A DNA stretch of 64,000 nucleotides, from the IMG/VR virus record IMGVR_UViG_3300027365_000009, positions 64,001 through 128,000 of that record, one strand, 5' to 3'. Below the pieces are notes generated by a model. It was given only the letters and a program-made list of their open reading frames with translations, was not told the DNA's origin and ran no database searches. The stretch is from a virus. Below are positions 36,985-45,853 of this stretch, piece after piece. Every line of letters begins with the position of its first letter. Position 1 is the first letter of the stretch. The position numbers were made by a program, and so were the translations under genes.

Positions 36985-37403
36985 GCTTTTCACCCACTCC
37001 CTGTGACAAGCACCCGGGGTTTTATGAAATACCCGGATATCGCCGCTACGGAGCAAATAGAAAGGGGGAGATCCTCTTTAAGGATACGGGTCATGTGACT
37101 GCTGGTGGAAATGCCGGTCGTTACCTTAAGGTTGCGGTTTTCCGAGACGGAGATAGTGAGAGAACGCTACAGTATGTCCACGATCTCATCTGTCGGGCGT
37201 TTCGTGGGAAACCCAAACCTGGTCAGGTTGTATTGCATGCCGATGATGATCGCCGCAATAATCGCCCAAGTAACCTGGCATGGGGGACGCAGTCCTCTAA
37301 CATTAAGGCGACCTATGATAATGGTTTGAGAAAGCCCACCACCGGACCACGCCCGAGTAAGGAAGAGTATCGCCACTCTCCTTTCGTGCGACCTTGTCTA
37401 TAA
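36981..37403 (+). CDS. Free-standing HNH endonuclease (NUMOD4-like N-terminus)
   Basis: IPGYRRYGANRKGEI...YVHDLICRAF...VLHADDDRRNNRPSNLAWGTQSSN; GGAGG RBS before GTG. Confidence 0.82.
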   Translation: MSFSPTPCDKHPGFYEIPGYRRYGANRKGEILFKDTGHVTAGGNAGRYLKVAVFRDGDSERTLQYVHDLICRAFRGKPKPGQVVLHADDDRRNNRPSNLAWGTQSSNIKATYDNGLRKPTTGPRPSKEEYRHSPFVRPCL

Positions 37404-37412
37404 ACCAAATAC

Positions 37413-37430
37413 TTTCACGCCTATATCACT
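37413..37430 (+). promoter_or_regulatory. Putative early promoter
   Basis: TTTCACGCCTATATCACT. Confidence 0.6.
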
Positions 37431-37485
37431 ATGGTGCAGGACTTTGACTGCCCTAACGTAACACTAAGTGACTCAAGGAACTCAC

Positions 37486-37680
37486 ATGGCTGTTAATGCA
37501 ATCGAACAAAACCTCAACAAACTGTTCGTTAAAGAGATGTACGGGCAAACCACCGAAGCCATTCTACGAGAAATCCGTAAGAAGAAAGTCGTACTTCAGT
37601 GTCCTAAGCGAGAGGACAGCTACACGATCCCTGTCGCTGAATTCAATAAGAAGTACCGCCTGGCAGCCATGGCTCCTTAA
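37486..37680 (+). CDS. Small hypothetical protein
   Basis: MAVNAIEQNLNKLF after AAGGA RBS. Confidence 0.6.
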   Translation: MAVNAIEQNLNKLFVKEMYGQTTEAILREIRKKKVVLQCPKREDSYTIPVAEFNKKYRLAAMAP

Positions 37681-37685
37681 GTAAG

Positions 37686-37709
37686 GCCCTCCCCGCGGGG
37701 AGGGTTTTA
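37686..37709 (+). terminator. Hairpin/terminator
   Basis: CCCTCCCC-gc-GGGGAGGG followed by TTTTATGACG. Confidence 0.55.
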
Positions 37710-37830
37710 TGACGTCACCGCTGTCTAAACGTTCTGTTCGCGGTAAAAACTACTGGTTGTTGCAATGATACACCGGGGGTCGTTTGACCTCCACTTATTC
37801 AGGCCCTACCAAAGGAAGGATTGCGTTATC

Positions 37831-38226
37831 ATGTTGATTCCGGCTCACGAGCGGCGTGTGATGCGTCACGACAGCGAAACCCTGATGCACACCCCGTCGT
37901 CCAAATCCCCCTTCGATATGTTCCATAAGGACGCCGTGTCACACCCCAGTGACAGTTATTCCGAGAACGAACTCGAGGCCATGTCCCACAGTGAGTTGGC
38001 TGACCTCAGTGACTTTAGCGTTACCACCATCCGCATTCGGCGTGAGAAGAAAGGGCTATGTGCTCGGGATTCGGTCGTTCGTGCGACGTTAACCTCTTCC
38101 AGTCATTACCGGGCCCTTGCCCAAGACAATGATATCACCTATCACAAGTTAATGGCGGCTCGACGTAAGTACCCGGATGTTGCACTAACGGACATCGTTG
38201 AACGTCTCAAGATGGGGAAGAAGTGA
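37831..38226 (+). CDS. Putative HTH DNA-binding protein
   Basis: SHSELADLSDFSVTTIRIRREKKG HTH-like; paralogue of the next gene. Confidence 0.55.
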   Translation: MLIPAHERRVMRHDSETLMHTPSSKSPFDMFHKDAVSHPSDSYSENELEAMSHSELADLSDFSVTTIRIRREKKGLCARDSVVRATLTSSSHYRALAQDNDITYHKLMAARRKYPDVALTDIVERLKMGKK

Positions 38227-38229
38227 TCC

Positions 38230-38622
38230 ATGCGTTTATCCGCCCATGAGAAATCCCGACTTACGCAATCACGATACAGTGAAGAAGAACTAAGTAAGAT
38301 GAGCTGGCGCGAGTTATCTAAACTCAGTCGGTTCAGTCATCAGGCGATCCGTTACCGGGTAGTCGAAATGGGGATGTCCTACCGGGATGCTATCACCAAA
38401 CCACAGACACCTCGAACGTCTAAGGTGTCTCAGTTGGCAGAAGAACACAATCTCGGGTATTCCACACTGATGAGCCGTAAACGCCGAAACCCCAACGTTC
38501 CGCTTGAGGTACTCGCTAAACAACCGTTACTTGACCCCTGTGAGTCCTCCCGCCGCGCTAACGATCAGAAAAGGAGGCGTCTTGAGCAAAACCAAACAAC
38601 GTCGTCAAGCAGCGTACAATGA
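38230..38622 (+). CDS. Putative HTH DNA-binding protein
   Basis: SWRELSKLSRFSHQAIRYRVVEMGMSYRDAIT and VSQLAEEHNLGYSTLMSR. Confidence 0.6.
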   Translation: MRLSAHEKSRLTQSRYSEEELSKMSWRELSKLSRFSHQAIRYRVVEMGMSYRDAITKPQTPRTSKVSQLAEEHNLGYSTLMSRKRRNPNVPLEVLAKQPLLDPCESSRRANDQKRRRLEQNQTTSSSSVQ

Positions 38623-38770
38623 AGGGTATCGTGATGGACAGGCGGGTGTTCGCCCCAAGCGTCGACATAAACTCCCCGGCTTTTACCGCCGGGGATATAA
38701 TCGGGCTATCCGAGAAGAACGTCTGAAACGACCTAAACACCTATCTTTCGATGACGACTATCTGGATTGA
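38582..38770 (+). CDS. Small basic RMF-like protein
   Basis: AGGAGG RBS + TTG; RRQAAYNEGYRDGQAG...FYRRGYNRA. Confidence 0.5.
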   Translation: MSKTKQRRQAAYNEGYRDGQAGVRPKRRHKLPGFYRRGYNRAIREERLKRPKHLSFDDDYLD

Positions 38771-38772
38771 CC

Positions 38773-39054
38773 ATGGGACGCCATCACCATAAACGAGGTC
38801 GTCAAACATTGGATACCCTTTACTATCAGGGACGTGCCGATGGACGACGGGGACGACCTTACACGATGATACATGCCAAGAAACTCCGTGGGGTATGGTA
38901 CTGGCATGAAGATCGGTATTGGCAAGGGTATCGGGATGGGAAATGTGAAGGAACACCGTGGGTACTTGCGATTTGGCAGAAACGATGGGCGCGCCAAGTC
39001 TGCTACCTTTTCCTCGCTTCCGGTCTCACTGTTGCCATCCTTAGTTTATTATAA
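38773..39054 (+). CDS. RMF-like protein with C-terminal TM helix
   Basis: LYYQGRADGRRGRPY...YWQGYRDG; hydrophobic C-terminus. Confidence 0.5.
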   Translation: MGRHHHKRGRQTLDTLYYQGRADGRRGRPYTMIHAKKLRGVWYWHEDRYWQGYRDGKCEGTPWVLAIWQKRWARQVCYLFLASGLTVAILSLL

Positions 39055-39169
39055 CCATAGCGAAGAAATCATTCGGTTAATGGACGGACCTTCCGATAGC
39101 ATCCACCATTCCAGGGAGTATTTTGATGCAACGGACGGTAAATAAAACACCTTACTAGGAGGTGGTGTT

Positions 39170-39361
39170 ATGTTCAAACACATTAACATTCCCAATGTTG
39201 GTTATTTTTCCGTGACTGAAAACAGCGCCAAAGGTCGCCACCGGTGCGTGGGTATGCGCCCACTACTGACGGAAGAATCAACCCGCCCAATTACTGAAGA
39301 AAAGCAACGCTATATCAATGAGATTCAACAGCGAATCATGAGAAAACCCAATGACCGATAA
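39170..39361 (+). CDS. Small hypothetical protein
   Basis: 63-aa ORF with AGGAGG RBS. Confidence 0.55.
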   Translation: MFKHINIPNVGYFSVTENSAKGRHRCVGMRPLLTEESTRPITEEKQRYINEIQQRIMRKPNDR

Positions 39362-39405
39362 CATCCGTAACACCATGTTCGGACCGAATGCAACGTTCGG
39401 TAGAA
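39351..39405 (+). repeat. 55-bp exact direct repeat, copy 1 (upstream of DHFR)
   Basis: ATGACCGATAACATCCGTAACACCATGTTCGGACCGAATGCAACGTTCGGTAGAA, identical to 41475..41529. Confidence 0.92.
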
Positions 39406-39433
39406 ACGCACTTTTTGATATGGGAATCCCTTT

Positions 39434-39958
39434 ATGATGATTTCGCTAATTGCGGCAGTAGGGACCAACCGTGTGATCGGTCACGAAGGAAAGATTCCTT
39501 GGTACGTGCCGCGGGACTTCCGGTTCTTTAAGAAGGCCACCACGGGGTGTCCGTGTATCATGGGACGAAAGACGTTCGACTCATTGCCAGGGCCCTTACC
39601 AGAACGCCTCAACCTCGTTTTGACGCGCCACCCTCATCTGGTGAACGTCAAAGGGGGTAACGTACTTCCCCATGCTGAGTGGAGGCATCTCCTGAACAAG
39701 GCGATCCAGTATGCCGAGAACAACCACTCCCCTCGAATCGTCATCATGGGCGGTGAAGACGTCTACCGTCAGTTTATGCCCCTTGCCCACGAATTGCTCT
39801 TGACTCGCATTCGCTATGATGGACCGGGCGATACGTTTTTCCCCGAACTACCACCCAACGAATGGGAGCTTGTCGAAACGATGGACATCTCCGAAGAGGC
39901 GCTTGTGCAACGATACGGGCGCTGTTTTCCCGAGACTATTATGCCGTTATTCCCGTGA
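39434..39958 (+). CDS. folA: Dihydrofolate reductase
   Basis: ISLIAAVGTNRVIG..IPW..PRDFRFFKKAT..IMGRKTFDSL..PLPERLNLVLTR, MGGEDVY, GDTFFP. Confidence 0.93.
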   Translation: MMISLIAAVGTNRVIGHEGKIPWYVPRDFRFFKKATTGCPCIMGRKTFDSLPGPLPERLNLVLTRHPHLVNVKGGNVLPHAEWRHLLNKAIQYAENNHSPRIVIMGGEDVYRQFMPLAHELLLTRIRYDGPGDTFFPELPPNEWELVETMDISEEALVQRYGRCFPETIMPLFP

Positions 39959-40254
39959 CGCGGCGCGCCCAACGAGAGCGCACGGTGTTTGAGCAGGGGT
40001 TTGCTGACGGACAAAAAGGACGCCCTTTCCGTTACAACAAACCCACCAAGCGTCGGCGTGGGCACGATGGAATACCGGGGCGATACTCCCATCTGTACTG
40101 GTATTACACCAAATATCAAGCTGGTTACAAGCTAGGGAAAGAAAGTCGGGGCACCTACTGGCTCCATCAACCAAAAGTGTCCAAGTGGGTAGTGAAGTGC
40201 CTCATAGGGGCACTAGGAGCTCTTCTGGTGGTTTCTTTTTATGCGGCACTGTAA
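39955..40254 (+). CDS. RMF-like protein with C-terminal TM helix
   Basis: GTG overlapping the DHFR stop; VFEQGFADGQKGRPF...KYQAGYKLG; hydrophobic C-terminus. Confidence 0.5.
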   Translation: MTRRAQRERTVFEQGFADGQKGRPFRYNKPTKRRRGHDGIPGRYSHLYWYYTKYQAGYKLGKESRGTYWLHQPKVSKWVVKCLIGALGALLVVSFYAAL

Positions 40255-40265
40255 GGGGTGGAGTC

Positions 40266-40436
40266 ATGACAAAAAACAAACACGAGCGCTTGTTGATCGA
40301 AATACAGCGTGAGTTAGAAATCTTACAGCGAGACCTTAAAATAGCCATTAACACCCGTCCCGAGGACGCCATCGGGATTTGTATCAGGACACGGCGAGTT
40401 ATTAAACGACTGTCGGTCATGAAAGAGCCCACCTAA
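40266..40436 (+). CDS. Small hypothetical protein
   Basis: MTKNKHERLL after GGGGTGGAG RBS. Confidence 0.5.
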   Translation: MTKNKHERLLIEIQRELEILQRDLKIAINTRPEDAIGICIRTRRVIKRLSVMKEPT

Positions 40437-40453
40437 TCAAAGAGGACCACCTC

Positions 40454-41206
40454 GTGAGCAATGACAACATCACACAGCTTAACTCGTTTCGCAGCAAGAA
40501 ACGCAACCGCGAACGGCTTGAGGACAATCAGGCGTTCAACCAAAGACTAGTGGATGACGTGGCCGCACTGAACCGGATCTTGAATCCTCAGCGATTAGCG
40601 CTGGATGGGTTTGTAGAGGCCATCCGGGGGTATATGCGCTTGTCCGCTCGGACATTGGCCGAAGATCCCCACAATCCGATAGCCGGCCAGTTTATTGGAG
40701 GTGTTGAACAAGGAGGTGACGACCCCAATAGCGTGGTCCTCGTTTTTTACAACGGCTTTGTTGTTGATGGTGCAGTGACCGTTGAGGACCTCCCTAACTA
40801 CCAGATCAACCGTCTTGCCTGTACAGTCCTTGACACTCCCCAGTGGTTTCCTACGGTCCTTGATGACGACGCGGTATTCGCCGCTATGGAAAACGACATT
40901 GAGACGTTCCACGAGGGGCGTCCGATTCTGCAGGAGTTTGCCCACCTGTATTTGCTGTCAATTACGGCACTTCAGCGCCTTGAGTTCAAAATGACCCACT
41001 ACGTTTTCCATGACGGCGTGATGGAACTGACCCTGGTTAACCGAGCGGAGCAGGTCGCCATATCTCTCGATGTGAAACAACTAATCCTCTCGGCCGAAAA
41101 GGTAGCCAGGAAGTACCGAGAGGGTCTTCATCACATCACCCAAGAAGAGGCTCGGGACCTGGGGGTGGAAGTTGAGAAAGACTGGCTGGAAGAGAACCCG
41201 AAGTGA
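40454..41206 (+). CDS. Hypothetical protein
   Basis: 250-aa ORF, GAGGA RBS. Confidence 0.7.
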   Translation: MSNDNITQLNSFRSKKRNRERLEDNQAFNQRLVDDVAALNRILNPQRLALDGFVEAIRGYMRLSARTLAEDPHNPIAGQFIGGVEQGGDDPNSVVLVFYNGFVVDGAVTVEDLPNYQINRLACTVLDTPQWFPTVLDDDAVFAAMENDIETFHEGRPILQEFAHLYLLSITALQRLEFKMTHYVFHDGVMELTLVNRAEQVAISLDVKQLILSAEKVARKYREGLHHITQEEARDLGVEVEKDWLEENPK

Positions 41207-41243
41207 CGTAGCCGTAAATCGATAATTGAAAAAGGATATCCCC

Positions 41244-41447
41244 ATGTCAGACAGCTCCCACCGTATTCCGGAAGCCCTCAACATCAATAGCCTTATGTCG
41301 TGCGCTATGTACAACCCCAACCCCGGGATTGGGCGAGACGCAATGTTCTCCACCCCCGCAGAAAGACAGAGGTCGGCTGTCCAATTCGCTGAGCGGGATT
41401 TGAAGAAAATCGCCGACATTCAGAAAAAGATTGCTCGCCGTACTTGA
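41244..41447 (+). CDS. Small hypothetical protein
   Basis: MSDSSHRIP after AAGGA RBS. Confidence 0.5.
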   Translation: MSDSSHRIPEALNINSLMSCAMYNPNPGIGRDAMFSTPAERQRSAVQFAERDLKKIADIQKKIARRT

Positions 41448-41471
41448 TTCAACCCAACCGAAAAGGAATGT

Positions 41472-43016
41472 ATGATGACCGATAACATCCGTAACACCAT
41501 GTTCGGACCGAATGCAACGTTCGGTAGAACCTATGTCGACACTCAAACCCCCAACAGTAAGGACATCACAGTGACCAAGCGTTTTGAACTTCCCAAATCC
41601 CTAGTTAACGTCGCCAAAACCCAGAAGGGCCAGGAGATCCTGAAGAAAGCGCAGCAGGGCATACCGCAAACCATGGAAGAACACGATGCTGACATCTTTC
41701 CGAAGTTTCCCGAAAACAACTACGAGGAACACCAATACCTATCGCTCCTGGAGCATATCCTTGAGAATGGTCAATATAAGGGAGACCGTACTGGGGTGGG
41801 ATGTTACTCCGTGTTCGGTGAGATGATGCGGTTCGACCTCAAGGGCGGAAAGATCCCGCTACTGACTACCAAGAAGATGGGGATTAAATCCATCATCGCT
41901 GAACTGCTGTGGTTCCTGGAAGGATCTACCGACAATCGCCGACTCAACGAGCTCGGTGCGACTATCTGGGACGAGTGGGCACTAGAGAACGGCGACCTGG
42001 GTCCCATTTATGGGAAGTGGTGGACGGCCTGGGAAGTGGTGGACAACCACCACATCGAAACAACCCTCCATGAGGCACTAAACGACCTTAATAGTGATAA
42101 GGAAATCGCGAGAGCCCGTCTGTCGGGACTTCTTGAGTACATTAAAAACCCACCCAAGATTAACCAGATTCAGGAGCTAGTCACCGCGCTTAAGGAGAAC
42201 CCCACCTCGCGCCGGATGCTGGTGACTGCTTGGAACCCGGCAGTTCTTCCCCGTGATGTCAAGTGGGAGTATAATTGGCTTGACCCCATGGCGGCGACGG
42301 AAGCGGTACATACTCGCTGGGAACCCATGTCGTTTGACCAGCGGGCGGACTGGCTCTGGGAAACCAAAGGAATCGGTAACGGTGTTTTTGAAGAGGACTA
42401 CCTCGAAGAGTACAATGCTCCCACTCACCGACGGCGTGTGAAAGTATCGCCTCAGGATAACGTCAAGGAAGGACGCGCAGCACTTCCGGCATGTCACACC
42501 ATGTTCCAGGTTCATACTCGGGAGCTATCGGTGGATGAACGCCTTAACATAGCAGAACGCACAGTCAGTGACGGGGTGGCGTTAGACGAAATGTTCGAGT
42601 TGGCAATTTGTGGTTTGGTCGACGATGACAAAGAGGTCATCCAACGGGAACTTGTTGAAAAACTGGACGCAGTGTCGGTTCCCAAGAGGGCCCTGACGCT
42701 ACAGTTCTACGCTCGTTCCCAAGACACGCCGCTTGGAACACCGTATAACATCGCTTCCTACGCAATCCTTGCCCACATGCTGGCGCAATCGGTTGGGATG
42801 GTTGCCGAAGAGTGCATCTGGATGGGAGGCGATTGCCATATCTACAGCAACCAACTCGAAGGCGTCAAAGTCCAATTGGAGCGTGAACCCAGAAGTTGGC
42901 CAACGATTAAACTTAACCCTGACGTAAAGGATATTTTCTCCTTTACAACTGAAGACATTGAACTGATCGGGTACGAACCTCACCCCAAGATTGATTTTGG
43001 GCCGGTTGCGATATAA
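41472..43016 (+). CDS. thyA: Thymidylate synthase (ThyA) with insertions
   Basis: DRTGVG, PLLTTKK, ELLWFL, IWDEWA, LGPIYG, SRRMLVTAWNP, ALPACH, RSQD..LG.PYNIASY, GDCHIYSN. Confidence 0.93.
   Translation: MMTDNIRNTMFGPNATFGRTYVDTQTPNSKDITVTKRFELPKSLVNVAKTQKGQEILKKAQQGIPQTMEEHDADIFPKFPENNYEEHQYLSLLEHILENGQYKGDRTGVGCYSVFGEMMRFDLKGGKIPLLTTKKMGIKSIIAELLWFLEGSTDNRRLNELGATIWDEWALENGDLGPIYGKWWTAWEVVDNHHIETTLHEALNDLNSDKEIARARLSGLLEYIKNPPKINQIQELVTALKENPTSRRMLVTAWNPAVLPRDVKWEYNWLDPMAATEAVHTRWEPMSFDQRADWLWETKGIGNGVFEEDYLEEYNAPTHRRRVKVSPQDNVKEGRAALPACHTMFQVHTRELSVDERLNIAERTVSDGVALDEMFELAICGLVDDDKEVIQRELVEKLDAVSVPKRALTLQFYARSQDTPLGTPYNIASYAILAHMLAQSVGMVAEECIWMGGDCHIYSNQLEGVKVQLEREPRSWPTIKLNPDVKDIFSFTTEDIELIGYEPHPKIDFGPVAI
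41475..41529 (+). repeat. 55-bp exact direct repeat, copy 2 (5' end of the thyA ORF)
   Basis: Identical to 39351..39405. Confidence 0.92.
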
Positions 43017-43022
43017 GAAGAC

Positions 43023-43048
43023 GAGGGGAGGGCTATAGCCCTCCCCTC
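43023..43048. terminator. Hairpin after thyA
   Basis: GAGGGGAGGGC-tata-GCCCTCCCCTC. Confidence 0.6.
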
Positions 43049-43135
43049 TACCGTGACGCTGTACTCATTATAACCAACCTTTCTAAAGATGCTAACCGCG
43101 TTCCAAGTCAATCATCACCCCAAGAGGAAATTAAG

Positions 43136-43831
43136 ATGGCAGAGCAAATTGTAAGTAACCTGTCCCACCATGACGCAATCGAATGGGCGATCAATGGCAT
43201 CGGGGTAAACACCAGTCCCCAAGTCGTATTCGAAGAAGGCAAACAATGCCAAATTGGCCTGACCATGGTAAATGGAGGTGAGGTCGATTTAGGGCCCAGT
43301 GACTATACCCACACGTTTACCTTGGTGAAAACCCTAGATGAGCTACGTTTTCATGCTAGAACGAATTGTCCCGAGAATAAGCGGGTCGTTTACATTCGTG
43401 TCTACCCGTCCGAAGAGCCGCTCGATACCGTGAAGGAAGTCCACGACAGTTCCTTTCATTTCTTCTGGGAGGAATACGCCTTCTTTAGCGGTGGACCTCA
43501 CCCTAGCCCGTATGACCAAGGCTATGCAGTGACGGAAGAGAAAAACGATTTTCTCAATCTTGTTTACACCGAAGGTCGCCATGCGATTAAAGAGCTATGG
43601 GATAAACGCGATAAATACGGTACATCCGAAGAAAACGTAAAAGAATTGTTGGCCGATTCGGTGCGGCTTGGTCAACGCTCCGTGTTTAACGTACTAGATG
43701 GGGATCCTGAAATCCACGACTCCGGGTATCATGTCATCGCGCGAAAATACAACACTCCCGATGAGTGCATTAAGAAAAGTGTCTCGGGGGACCTTAAAGC
43801 CACTATTAGGTTGTTGTTCGACAACATCTGA
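43136..43831 (+). CDS. Hypothetical protein
   Basis: 231-aa ORF, GAGGA RBS. Confidence 0.65.
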   Translation: MAEQIVSNLSHHDAIEWAINGIGVNTSPQVVFEEGKQCQIGLTMVNGGEVDLGPSDYTHTFTLVKTLDELRFHARTNCPENKRVVYIRVYPSEEPLDTVKEVHDSSFHFFWEEYAFFSGGPHPSPYDQGYAVTEEKNDFLNLVYTEGRHAIKELWDKRDKYGTSEENVKELLADSVRLGQRSVFNVLDGDPEIHDSGYHVIARKYNTPDECIKKSVSGDLKATIRLLFDNI

Positions 43832-43927
43832 TATCGTTCCGTCACAACCTATTGGTACCACCTAAAAACATTGGCATGGGGTTTCCTATGCCAATCATAG
43901 CCCAGTTCATTCATAGAGGGTATTGTC

Positions 43928-44743
43928 ATGGCCACCCGTCGCCTTGAACGCATCAAAACTCGAATCGATGAAGAACGTCGAGAACTCAAACATAGTTCGT
44001 CGTCGTACGATGTCGAACGCATCGCCGACCTACACAAAGTTTTCAATAGCCTCAACAAACTTAGGGATGAAGTTATTCGGAATTTGGTGCATGTTGGCGG
44101 TAATTCGCTTGATGATGTGACCAAACTTTTTGATATATCTTCCGCTGAAGTGTACCAAATCGCCCATGGGAAACACGCCAGCACTAGATTGGTTAATGCC
44201 CTGGCCGCACGCTTTGTTAATCTTGACGAAACCCAATACATTGCTACTCAGAAATTCAACAATGCAAAACCAACAACGACAGAAACGTGCTACCCAGTGA
44301 CCCTCACATTTAGCGAAGACGAGTCATACACCATTGTCACTGACGGTGAGGGGTATGTACGAACCCTGGATGATTCAGTGGTGGTAAAATACACCACATT
44401 TGAAGATGCCGACTATCAGCCGAACAATCGGCCAGTCATCATGTTGTCGCCGGTACCGAATATGGCATTTGATGACATGGAAAGCGAATTTGACGGTACG
44501 CGCTATTGTGAATATAACGCCTATGTCAACGATGTTCACCTCAGCGAAGAAGCAATCCGACACACTATCGGGCTACTCATCGCGGTAGATCGGTTCTACC
44601 GGGATTCGAATCGCCCAGGGCGCTTTGTGACCTGGGTCTTCGATGACGTCAAAAACGACCTCTTTGAAAACCAACCCATCCCCGTCCCCGAGTTCGATCG
44701 CGAGTATCAACTCGATATCGGGGTTAACTACACCTATAAGTAG
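43928..44743 (+). CDS. Protein with XRE-like HTH
   Basis: SLDDVTKLFDISSAEVYQIAHGKHASTRLVNALA. Confidence 0.55.
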   Translation: MATRRLERIKTRIDEERRELKHSSSSYDVERIADLHKVFNSLNKLRDEVIRNLVHVGGNSLDDVTKLFDISSAEVYQIAHGKHASTRLVNALAARFVNLDETQYIATQKFNNAKPTTTETCYPVTLTFSEDESYTIVTDGEGYVRTLDDSVVVKYTTFEDADYQPNNRPVIMLSPVPNMAFDDMESEFDGTRYCEYNAYVNDVHLSEEAIRHTIGLLIAVDRFYRDSNRPGRFVTWVFDDVKNDLFENQPIPVPEFDREYQLDIGVNYTYK

Positions 44744-44764
44744 GTCCTAGGGGAAACCACAACA

Positions 44765-45067
44765 ATGAAAACATTACACATCGTCAAGTATAGCCCGCCC
44801 AGTACACCGGCCTGTTATACCGTGCCCATTCCCGACCGTCATGAGAAATGGGGATATAAGACCGAACTGTCGCTGAATGCGTTCATGAAAGCGCAGTCCT
44901 ATCTGAAACAACAGGGATGTACCTACGCAGTGATCATGGAGGACTGTCATGGTAAGGAAACCAACATACCTAAATTCCCCTGTGAGGATCTGTGGGATTT
45001 CTACCAAAAGACCCATTGGGATGCGTCTCACCGTGCGTTCACCGGTCTGGGTGATCGGTGGAATTGA
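44765..45067 (+). CDS. Hypothetical protein
   Basis: 100-aa ORF in an operon. Confidence 0.6.
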   Translation: MKTLHIVKYSPPSTPACYTVPIPDRHEKWGYKTELSLNAFMKAQSYLKQQGCTYAVIMEDCHGKETNIPKFPCEDLWDFYQKTHWDASHRAFTGLGDRWN

Positions 45068-45107
45068 GTTAATTCGATCACCAATGTCAGTGCAAAGAGA
45101 AACTACC

Positions 45108-45476
45108 ATGTCAACCACCACTGAAATTGTTAACCACCCTTCAGAATTTGAGCATGACTTTCTGAAGAATATGGTGGGGGTTCCGGCGATAGACCCAGAA
45201 CGATATTCGCCGTTCTATACGTACCTGGCAGTGTTTGATAAAACACGGAATTACCCGGGCGAAAAGTACAACGAATTGTTAAAAGACAGCTTTTCACCTG
45301 AGGCGATCGTTGACGTTATCCTTAACCAAACGTCCCATAGGCAGTATGAGTTTAGTATTGGTGGATACGACGGTCTTGTCGACACGTGGTTTTTTCAGGA
45401 TGGCGCTGCCGACCAAGAAAAACCGCAGATCGAGGTCGTTACCGTAATCGACGTCACTACCCGCCAGGAGACATGA
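45108..45476 (+). CDS. Hypothetical protein
   Basis: Likely start MSTTTEIV at 45108. Confidence 0.6.
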   Translation: MSTTTEIVNHPSEFEHDFLKNMVGVPAIDPERYSPFYTYLAVFDKTRNYPGEKYNELLKDSFSPEAIVDVILNQTSHRQYEFSIGGYDGLVDTWFFQDGAADQEKPQIEVVTVIDVTTRQET

Positions 45477-45479
45477 AAC

Positions 45480-45803
45480 ATGCAAAAGCCCATTAAGGGA
45501 ATCGATCGACTTCTCGCCCAACTCCAACAGCTTGTCCATCACGACGAATACCCGGAGAATCCCGGGTTTGATCTAAGTGCAGCACTCCCATTCCTCAATC
45601 TTTCCGACGGAGCACGGAGACTTGTGGAAGACATCATTCGCCTTGCTGCCGAGGAGTGTTTCGGCGAGTCCAATAATGTCATTTGGTCACAGCTCGACTA
45701 CTTGCGACAGTACGGCTTTCCCTGCGACCTAGGCTACGATCACGAGGGTCTGGGTCGTTTGAGTTTAGTGATCTACACCACCAAAGGTGCCATTGAAGTT
45801 TAG
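45480..45803 (+). CDS. Hypothetical protein
   Basis: 107-aa ORF, CAGGAG RBS. Confidence 0.6.
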   Translation: MQKPIKGIDRLLAQLQQLVHHDEYPENPGFDLSAALPFLNLSDGARRLVEDIIRLAAEECFGESNNVIWSQLDYLRQYGFPCDLGYDHEGLGRLSLVIYTTKGAIEV

Positions 45804-45853
45804 TGTTTTACTCAGTTCACCAATAGCATGACCCACCCATCGAAGGAGCTTCC

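Noticed and set aside
41472-43016. ThyA as a dCMP/dUMP hydroxymethylase for modified DNA
   Set aside because: It keeps the dUMP-specifying Asn (YNIASY) and canonical ThyA motifs, and sits with DHFR and tmk.
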